The notes beneath the pieces were generated by a model. The model was not told the origin of the DNA. It searched no databases and saw only the letters and a list, made by a program, of their open reading frames with translations. Both the position numbers and the translations under genes were made by a program. Below, piece after piece: positions 40,389 to 49,200 of a stretch of 64,000 nt of DNA. Every line of letters starts with the position of its first letter. The first letter of the stretch is position 1. Source of the DNA: a virus. Its lineage: Duplodnaviria > Caudoviricetes. The stretch lies in IMG/VR virus record IMGVR_UViG_3300042691_017518, positions 1,010-65,009 of that record. The stretch is one strand, 5' to 3'.

Positions 40389-43241
40389 TTAGAATTTTCC
40401 TCCTGCATGTTGGCTTAGTTCTTTTACTATTCCAGGAGAATCAAATGCAGGCACATACATACTACCATCCCAACCTTCTACTAAGTCTTCTTCTCTTCCT
40501 GTTCCGTATATTAAATCCATAGAAACTAAAGCACTTGGTATATTATTACCAATAGTATTTAGATTATAACTACCTACGTCTTCCCAACTAGTTTTACCGT
40601 CTCTGTTCATAGTACCTTTGTTTACTTGAGCTACTATTTCTCTATCAACTACTTTATAAACAACTTGGAAAGCATTATAAGTACCATTATCATTCTGATG
40701 CCATGCTGCAGGTGCTTGAATAATTTCTGTGTATTTGTGATCATTTTTTACAGCATCATCTAAACGAGCAGCCATTTTTAAATAAGCTTCTCGTCTTCCT
40801 GCATTTTGCACCATGTGAATAGGAGCAAAGTTTTTTAAATTTTTAGTAATAGATCGCATATCATTATAAGCAGTAGCAGCTTCACCTATATCAATATAGT
40901 TAGCTTCTACGTTGTTAGTAATGTTATTTGATCGACCTTTTACACTGATATATAAATCTTGTGGATTAGCTTTATTAAATGCAGCTATTTCTTCTTTAGT
41001 AGGAGGAGTAGTTTTCAAAGAAGCTTCTGACCTTCCTTGTCCAGATATCAACCATTTAGCTACAGCCTCTTTTCCTGTTTGTGTATTAGGGTCAAATTGT
41101 TCTTGACGAACATATCGTAAAATAACATTGCCATCTCTATCTACACCATCATAGTGAGGTTCTGTATTATAATTAGCAAGAGTAAACTCATTTTCACCAG
41201 TTTCTTTAGATTCTCCAGTTAAGATATTAAAGTTTACTTTTTTAACATCACTAGCGCCTCTTTGGTTTTGTAAAACATATTGTTTAATTTCTTCAGAAGC
41301 TCCTCCAGCAAAAGTATCAAAACCTTTAGTCATAATAACTTCTTCTCCTACAGCACTTGTTGCTTGGACTGATAAGTTCCATTTATAAGCTTTCATCACA
41401 TTATTAGCTAATTGTGTGTAAGCATCTTTAGTAGGGGCTTTTACATCAGGCATTGTTCTTGGAAACATTGCATCTTTTTGTTCTGCTGTTAATGAAACAT
41501 TATTAGCAACTTCAAATTCTTGAATACGTTGTCTTCTACCTTCTTCATCAACTCTTTGTACTTCTGAACCTACTTTAAGATAATCATTAGCATGAGCCCT
41601 CAAAGTTTCTAAAAACTTTGCAGGATCTGTTGAATATTCCTTCTCATATAATTTTCTTAATTCAGGAGTAATATAATCAGCATTTATTTCTGCATCTAAA
41701 ATATTATCTAAAGTTCTAGTATCATCTGTAAGAGCAATACGTTTTTCTTCTTTATCTTGATATAATAGATCAAGTTCTGCAGATAGCTTAGCTTTTTCTT
41801 CTGTACTATTTGCTTTAACTAACTCTTCTTTCTTTAAAGTTATTTCATTTTCTTTCTCTCCTATACCTTTATTAAACTCTCTCATACGACCTAAAGTGAC
41901 AAATAAATCTTTAGAAGTATTTTTTACTTCATTAAATTCAGGTTGTTGCTCAGGTGCAATATAATCTGCTTTATAATTTTTAATATCAGGAATACTATCT
42001 GTAGGAGTATTTTTTATTTGCTCAAAAGCATTTACGGCATTATTATGTGCAATATTCTCATCAGTAGTAGCAGTAGACGTTCCTGATATAATTTTATTTT
42101 TATCACTAGTAATTCCTGTTATGTTAGTAGCAATGTCTATTTCTTTCAATAGTTTAAGTGCGTCATTTGCTTTTGCTTGACCTGCTGTATCTACTTGATC
42201 TGTGAAAGTATATGTTTTAGATTTCATATCTCTTATGTCAGATGCAGCATAACTAGTAGTTCCAAACCTACCATTTGCTTCGTCAAAGAATAATCCTTTA
42301 GAAAATTTATCAAAAGTTCCATTATTTATTGCAGCGTTAGCATCGTTTAATGTCTTTTCTTTTTCACCTTGTAAATTTGCTATTTGTTTTTGAGCAGTTT
42401 GTGCAGCATTAGGATCATCTAAAAATTGTTCCCAGTATGCTATCTTATCATCATATTGATTAATCTTAGCATTTACAAATTTTTCTTTGAATTCAGGATC
42501 TGTATTGTCGTTGTAATACCATTTATAATCAGCATCTTCATTTACCCAATCTTTATATTGATCAGAAGTTCTTAAAAATCTTTCAATTTCGCCAGCTACT
42601 TGCTCTCTATCTCTTACTTTTAATAAAGTTTGAATACGCTCTTTTGTAAAAGCATCTACTTGATTAGTAGTTACCCATTCTTCAATTTGTTCTTCAGCCA
42701 TACCTGCAAGCTTTAGAGATTCTTCTCTAAGCTCTTTTTCCATATTCTTCATACGAGGATGAACATTTATAGAAGTATAGGTATCGTCATCTTTTTTATA
42801 GTCAGTTCCTTTAAAACTATTTTTAACTTTAAAGTCCCAAACATCAAAATCTTTTTGAGTTATATCTCCTTTATCAACTCTTTCTTTTTCTTTTTTAACT
42901 GCTTCTTTATAAGCTTCGTAATTACCTTTAATAGCATTAGTCTCAGTATCTTTATTATAAACTTTATTAAGCTCTCTTAACTTAGAAGTTGCTTGTCTAT
43001 AATTTCCTGTAGATATTAAGTTGTTTGCTAAATCATCTCTTTTTTGCTCAATTTCTTTTAAAAGATCTTTTGCTCTAGTATCATCTTGTGATAATCTAGC
43101 TAAGGCAAAATCTGCTGATTCAATACTTTCTTTGGCAGTATCAAATTGAGCCTGCATATCAGATAATGGTTGAGCAAAAGCCTCTAATCCTAGAGGCTTG
43201 TATTCAGTTTTTAAAGGTGTTGATAATGGAGTAACTGCCAT
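40389..43241 (-). CDS. virion cargo protein (950 aa)
   Basis: Helical, Cys-free, in cargo block; N-terminal Y.PL...QP motif. Confidence 0.7.
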   Translation of the reverse strand: MAVTPLSTPLKTEYKPLGLEAFAQPLSDMQAQFDTAKESIESADFALARLSQDDTRAKDLLKEIEQKRDDLANNLISTGNYRQATSKLRELNKVYNKDTETNAIKGNYEAYKEAVKKEKERVDKGDITQKDFDVWDFKVKNSFKGTDYKKDDDTYTSINVHPRMKNMEKELREESLKLAGMAEEQIEEWVTTNQVDAFTKERIQTLLKVRDREQVAGEIERFLRTSDQYKDWVNEDADYKWYYNDNTDPEFKEKFVNAKINQYDDKIAYWEQFLDDPNAAQTAQKQIANLQGEKEKTLNDANAAINNGTFDKFSKGLFFDEANGRFGTTSYAASDIRDMKSKTYTFTDQVDTAGQAKANDALKLLKEIDIATNITGITSDKNKIISGTSTATTDENIAHNNAVNAFEQIKNTPTDSIPDIKNYKADYIAPEQQPEFNEVKNTSKDLFVTLGRMREFNKGIGEKENEITLKKEELVKANSTEEKAKLSAELDLLYQDKEEKRIALTDDTRTLDNILDAEINADYITPELRKLYEKEYSTDPAKFLETLRAHANDYLKVGSEVQRVDEEGRRQRIQEFEVANNVSLTAEQKDAMFPRTMPDVKAPTKDAYTQLANNVMKAYKWNLSVQATSAVGEEVIMTKGFDTFAGGASEEIKQYVLQNQRGASDVKKVNFNILTGESKETGENEFTLANYNTEPHYDGVDRDGNVILRYVRQEQFDPNTQTGKEAVAKWLISGQGRSEASLKTTPPTKEEIAAFNKANPQDLYISVKGRSNNITNNVEANYIDIGEAATAYNDMRSITKNLKNFAPIHMVQNAGRREAYLKMAARLDDAVKNDHKYTEIIQAPAAWHQNDNGTYNAFQVVYKVVDREIVAQVNKGTMNRDGKTSWEDVGSYNLNTIGNNIPSALVSMDLIYGTGREEDLVEGWDGSMYVPAFDSPGIVKELSQHAGGKF

Positions 43242-43252
43242 GATTAATATTT

Positions 43253-46195
43253 TTATTTTCCTTGAAAGTATTTTTCTCTTAATACATCTATGTAGGGAGT
43301 ATATCCGAATTTTTTAAATCTTGTAATATCTGGTGCTCCTAGTGCTGCATATTGCATAGCTAAGTCATTAGAAATTTGAGTATTTCTCCAATCTTTAACT
43401 CCAGTAAGAGCTTCTTTACCGTGTTCTTGTCTAGCTGTTTGCGAAGCAAGATTAAGTTGTTCTGCAGCTGCTCTAGCTTTATCGTATGCAGAAGTGTTAA
43501 TATCTCTTACATGTATTTTATCTGCTAGATAAGCATTCTCTTCTGCCATACCAATATTTCCTAATTGTTTAGCACGTTCAGCTGCTATAGCCTGTGCATA
43601 CCCTGGAGTATTAGTAGTGCCCTTAATAGTTTTTAAAGTAGCTGCAAAGTTTTCTCTTGCATCATTTTCAGCCTGAGTATAGTCAGGACGAATAGCTTCC
43701 ATTGGAGTATAGAAATCTTTAGCACTATAACTTTTAGGTTTAGAAAATGCTTGATAAGCATTATAAGCAATAGGAGCTGCATTAGCAATTACATCCCAAG
43801 CAGTTCCTTTAGTACTGATATCTTGTGTAGTATCTGTAAGAGTAGTATCTACATCGTAATTACCTCCATTATCATACATATGTCCGCCCATCCTTTCTAC
43901 GTTATCTAAAGGCATATACATTTGTTGACGAGGCATTTGAAAAGAACCACCGTATTTATAAATCTGTGTATTAGTCAATCCTTGACCCATTGGACCTGCA
44001 TGATTTTTCCAATCAGGATTAATCTGAGGAAACTCGTGGTAAGAAACTTTTGGTTGATAACCTCCATACTTAGCATAGCTACCTGCTGCCATATCTGTTG
44101 TCAACATAGCATTAGGATACATGTTTTGAGGTGTACCAGGTAAAGCTGCTACAGGTTGTAGATTATTATCAGTAATAGGATTAAGTTGTTTCTGTGCCGT
44201 ATCAGCATTTTCTTGACTAATTCTTTGTGTTGCTGCAGTTGCTGCTGCATTAGTTATTCCTGCACCAACTGTTGCCGCTGCAGATAAAGCTGGGCCTGCA
44301 AAAGGTATAAAGTTTAATAGAGGCGCAGCCATTCCAAGTCCTTTAGATATTTTTTGAACTTTTTCTGGATCATCAATATTTCCTCCAAACTCATACATGT
44401 TTCCTCCATAACCACACATTTTTCCGCCTCTCATATACATAGAGCCTCCGTAACTCATAGGCAATTGAGAAGAAGGAATTATTTCTCCTCCGCCTTGTGG
44501 AGCAGCCATTTGTTGCATCATTGCAGGATCCATAGGAGCTCCACCTTGTTGTTGCATCATAGCTATTTCTTCAGGAGAAGGTTGTCCTTCCATTCCTTGT
44601 TGCATAGCCATATCTTGTTGTGCAGCCATTTGATCTTCAGGACTCATTTCCATCTGTCCTCCAGAAGCACCGCCTTGTAATAAGGCGCCCATCTCTTCTG
44701 GATATTTAGTTATCATCTCTTGCATGTCAGCTTGCATTTGCATCTGCTTTTGCAATTCTTGAGCATTCATTAGAGTTTCTAATTCAGTATCTCTAGCTTT
44801 ATCTTCTATACGATCATAGCCTTTTTCTCTACGAGAGTTACCATTTCTACTATTAATATTTTTAGATACTTCTGCAAAAGTTTTACCTACAAAATTTTTA
44901 GGTAAGTTTAATTCTTTAGCAATATCTTTATCTACTTTAATTTTATCAGAGAAGATATAATTAGCAGCATTAAGTTTTGTCTCTCCTTGTTCTACAAGAT
45001 TAGCTCTTCCATCAGGAGCAGTTCCTTGTGGAATTCCTCCAAGAGGATTTTCTTCATGAGAACCTCCTGCATTAAACTCAGTTAAAGGATCCATCGACCC
45101 TCCTTCAGCAAAAGATCTAGACTTAATTTTATTCTGAACTTCTGTAGGCAATGCTCTAAAACCAGGATTATTAAATCCTCCTTGAGCATACATATGACTC
45201 CCCATAGCATTTTGTTTAAAATTCATAGTTCCTCCTTGTTTAAATATTGATTGTCCGCTTCCAAACCATCCTTTTGGAGCAGTCATTGATATAGGTTTTG
45301 TTTCTTTAACTTCTGTTTCATAAGGTACTGAACCATACATACCTGGACTACTACTAGGTTCTGTACTAATTTCAGGACTAAATCCTTCAAGCATTTGAGG
45401 TGCTAAGGTAGGTAATTGGTTTACATGCACTTCTGGTTTAGCTGTAAAAGTACTAGGTTTTAATTTTTCACTTTTTGTTGTACCAAAACTTTTAGGTCTA
45501 GTATCTCCTGATTCAGGATTATTTTCTTTAGGTGCTACGTAATCTTCATACAACTTTGTACCATAATTAGGAGCAGTAGCATAGCCAGCTTTTTCTAAAC
45601 CTATAGCAAAGTCTTTTGCTGTAGCACTTGCTAAAGCTTTTTGGTAACGTTGGTTAGTTTCTAAAAAAGCTCTATGTGCAGCAAATCCTTCAAAAGCATT
45701 ATTGAACTCCATAAAACTAGATTTAGTTTTAGTTCCTGCGCCTTCTTTAGTATCTGCTTCTTTTCCTTTAGAAACATCTATACCTCGTTCTGCTAATTTA
45801 TTTCTAACAGCTTCGTTATGAGATTTAATTCCAAAGTAATTATAAGGTGAAGATAATCTAGCACCTCCGCTAGATTCAAATTGCCATTGTCCCGCAACTA
45901 CTTTAGCTTGTTCTGGATTATATCCTACAGCTTCTGCTAGTAGTTTAGCTTGATTATAAGTTTGTGGTTCGTTAATGCCTAAATTAAACCATGCTAATAC
46001 TTTATCAGGATTAACTCCAGGCATTCTCATATAATGTTCTACTTCAGGAGGTAAATCTCCATAAGTAGTTTCATATGCTGACAAATCAGGAGTACCTTCT
46101 TCTAAATCTCCTCCCATAGCATATGAATTAAAATAGATACTTGGATTAAATCCTAAAGCTCTTAAGTCTTCTTTTTTATTTGAATCTTTTGCCAT
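43253..46195 (-). CDS. virion cargo protein with GH73 (FlgJ/glucosaminidase-like) peptidoglycan hydrolase domain
   Basis: GQWQFES, NYFGIK, RY, GYATAPNY (about 45540-45950); GGSHEENPLGG...VEQGET...YIFSD block characteristic of crAss-like cargo proteins; Met/Gln-rich region. Confidence 0.8.
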   Translation of the reverse strand: MAKDSNKKEDLRALGFNPSIYFNSYAMGGDLEEGTPDLSAYETTYGDLPPEVEHYMRMPGVNPDKVLAWFNLGINEPQTYNQAKLLAEAVGYNPEQAKVVAGQWQFESSGGARLSSPYNYFGIKSHNEAVRNKLAERGIDVSKGKEADTKEGAGTKTKSSFMEFNNAFEGFAAHRAFLETNQRYQKALASATAKDFAIGLEKAGYATAPNYGTKLYEDYVAPKENNPESGDTRPKSFGTTKSEKLKPSTFTAKPEVHVNQLPTLAPQMLEGFSPEISTEPSSSPGMYGSVPYETEVKETKPISMTAPKGWFGSGQSIFKQGGTMNFKQNAMGSHMYAQGGFNNPGFRALPTEVQNKIKSRSFAEGGSMDPLTEFNAGGSHEENPLGGIPQGTAPDGRANLVEQGETKLNAANYIFSDKIKVDKDIAKELNLPKNFVGKTFAEVSKNINSRNGNSRREKGYDRIEDKARDTELETLMNAQELQKQMQMQADMQEMITKYPEEMGALLQGGASGGQMEMSPEDQMAAQQDMAMQQGMEGQPSPEEIAMMQQQGGAPMDPAMMQQMAAPQGGGEIIPSSQLPMSYGGSMYMRGGKMCGYGGNMYEFGGNIDDPEKVQKISKGLGMAAPLLNFIPFAGPALSAAATVGAGITNAAATAATQRISQENADTAQKQLNPITDNNLQPVAALPGTPQNMYPNAMLTTDMAAGSYAKYGGYQPKVSYHEFPQINPDWKNHAGPMGQGLTNTQIYKYGGSFQMPRQQMYMPLDNVERMGGHMYDNGGNYDVDTTLTDTTQDISTKGTAWDVIANAAPIAYNAYQAFSKPKSYSAKDFYTPMEAIRPDYTQAENDARENFAATLKTIKGTTNTPGYAQAIAAERAKQLGNIGMAEENAYLADKIHVRDINTSAYDKARAAAEQLNLASQTARQEHGKEALTGVKDWRNTQISNDLAMQYAALGAPDITRFKKFGYTPYIDVLREKYFQGK

Positions 46196-46212
46196 AGTTA
46201 ACTATTTGAAAG

Positions 46213-46220
46213 TAAAGGTA
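46213..46220 (-). promoter_or_regulatory. Bacteroidota-type -7 promoter element (TACCTTTA)
   Basis: One mismatch to TAnnTTTG, 18 nt upstream of the 46195 start. Confidence 0.5.
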
Positions 46221-46225
46221 CGAAA

Positions 46226-49200
46226 TTATCTATTAAATAATTGAGAAGATTTTATAACTCTTGCTTGTCCTCCCATTTTAAATTGTATAGCTGATAAGTT
46301 TTTCCAATCAATATCTTTGGTGTCTTTGATATTATATAACTTTCCACTGTGAATAGCATCTTCAATGCTACGAATACTTGCTCCATTTTTTATAGCTTCG
46401 TTAACAAGATCTGGGTCTACATTATTTTCTAAAGCTCTTACACGGAGATCTTCTAATTTTTCGCGTAATTCTACTGCAGCTCTGAATCTTTCTTTAGACC
46501 CAGCGTTTTGATTTTTTCCAATAGCATTCCAGTCAATTTTACCTCTACTTACATCTTGTATAGGACCCCTATTAAGGAACGATTCAGGATAAGCTTGTGG
46601 AAATTTCGACTGCATTACTGCTTTTGCAGCACCTGGTTCAGTATAACCTATATTCATTGACCAATAACTGTCTGGATCAGGATGTTTTGTATTTAAATCA
46701 ATTAATGAAAATTTATCAGTTGCAGAATCATACATTATGTTTTCAGGATTCATGAAGTCATATGATACTCCTTTTGATTGAAGATCTTCTACTTCAGATA
46801 TAAATCTGTCAATGGCTTCTCTCGACGGATCTGCTGGAATACCAGGTTCTCCTGGTACACGATTCATTACTTTTAATGTTTTAAGTTCTGGTCTGGCAGA
46901 GTTGTTAATTTTTACAACAGATAATGGAAGGGCAATATGAGGTTTATCTTGGTATTGTTTTCCTAAATCAACTAGTGATTGTAAAGATTCTAATGTTTCA
47001 TGTTTTGGTTCTTCCCCAATTTTAACTAATAAATTTTTATCAATAGTAGTAGGATACACAGATCCAAAACTACCTTCACCTATCTTATTTTCATAAGATA
47101 AATTAAGCGGTAAACCTTGTTCATTTGCAACTCTAGACATCCACTGATTTTGTAAATCTCCATAGTCACCGAATCTAAATGTAGAAGTTAATTTACCAGT
47201 TGCAGGGTCTATATTCTTTTTTATGGTATTATTAAGTTGTTTGTATTTAATAACATCGGCAATTGAATTATTAAATAAGTTAACTGGTAATGCTTTTGAT
47301 GACTGCAAATCTCCTCTAAATGAAGTTGCGCCTTCCATTGCATCAAATAATCTATTTACTTTATACTCATTAGCCAGATTAGCTAATGCTTCTTCTTTAG
47401 ATATAGCAGCTGGTTTATAATATTTAGTGGCTCCAAGTAATCCACGTTCTCTACCAAGTACATTACCCACAAGACCATTAGAAGGAAGGAATCTTAATCC
47501 TTGCATTGCTGCAGTAAAATAATTACCTTCTCCTATATTTCTTACAACTTTATCCCCAGCATCAACTAGATTTGTACTTGCATTTAATGCATCACCTACT
47601 AAGTTAGCTCCTTTGCCTGCAGAGGGATCTATACCTGCCATAAGCATATCATTATAGTTATGTGGCATATTTCTAAAGTCTCCTGTTCTTACAGCATATT
47701 CAAATGCTACTTGAGGATTAGTAATCATATCCCATGCTCTGCTTCCATAGCTCTGAGGTGCGGTAGATTTTTTTGCTACTGTTTCACTTGCTGGTCCAGA
47801 TCCAATATTTTTTGCATCTTCTTTTTGTATATATTCTCCTGAATTAAAATTTGATGATTGAACAGCTTTATTAGCACTTTCTAAAGCAGTATTATAATCG
47901 ACACCTGTTTTTTGTGCATCTTTTGCAGCCATCATTTTAGCTGCTCTTTCTCTTAACTCTGCTCCTCTTTTTTGATCTTCCGCTACATTTTTAGAATACG
48001 CGGCAGTTTTTTGTGTAGTCTCAGATTTTTGAGGTTTGTTGTCAACTAATGGATCATATTTATTTATTCCTGCTGCTTTGTTCTTAGCTTGTTGCATTTG
48101 ATATGCATTAGGACGAACAGTTACTTCTTGTCCTTGAGTTACTCTTTGGTATTCAGGATTTAAGAATTGAGCAAGTTGTTGATTAGTTGGATAGATAGGT
48201 CCTCCTGGGGCAAATAACTTTCCTCCGTAATTATAAACATATGCACCATCAGGATAAGTTAAATCTTTTCCTTCTCCTTCTAACTGAGGAGTATTAGACA
48301 TAGATAAAATACTTCCTCCATTTTCAAAAGTTACACCTTGTAAATCAAGTTGTTTTAATTCTTTTGGTCTTTCTTCAACTTCATTGCCTTTACTATCAAT
48401 ATAAAGTACTCTTGGAGCATTTGCAGGTTGCCAACCTTCACCAGGAAAATATGCAGAATAAGGAACTTGCCTCATTTCTTTCATTCTATACTTACCTTCT
48501 CTATCAGGATCAGCTTCCATAATAGTTTGAGATCTATTAGCAACTTGTATAGGTTTGTATTTTTGAGGAATATAATTATAATTATTAGGAATGATTTGTG
48601 TTTCTATTTGTGGTAATTTTTTAGTAGGTAGGTTTAGTATCTCTAACTTAGGATTTGTTTTTGGTGCAACTGGCTTATATAAATATTGATTACCTGCTTC
48701 GGTATAGCCATCTATTCTAGGATCATTTGGATCAGATAAATAAATAGGTGGGTACTTTTTTTCATAACTGCTTTTGCTCAGAGCAAAATCATGGCTTTTG
48801 CTCCAATCCACAGTTGTTGGCTCTACTTTTGATTTTTTTAATATTACCTTTTGTTTTGGAAAAGGAAATAATTCACTTGGATAGTCATCCATACCTACAA
48901 ACAAACTTCCTTTATAAGGTACTGCATGTGCATCATCAAGTCTTAAGTCATCTTTAGCAGTAGTAAAATCATACCAAGATTTTTTATATTTACTAGATAT
49001 ATCTTTTCCTTTCCAATCAGGATGTCTTTTAAAAGCTCCTTCCGCTTTTTCACTATATCTATTTTTATCTCGAGTTTGTATATAATTTTGTGCTACTTTC
49101 TTTTTTTGATCTTGTGTTTTTGCAGCAATTAGTGCATCAGCATAGTTCATAATATGGTGACTTAATTGTGCCCTACTCAAACTATCATTATGAGCTAGAA

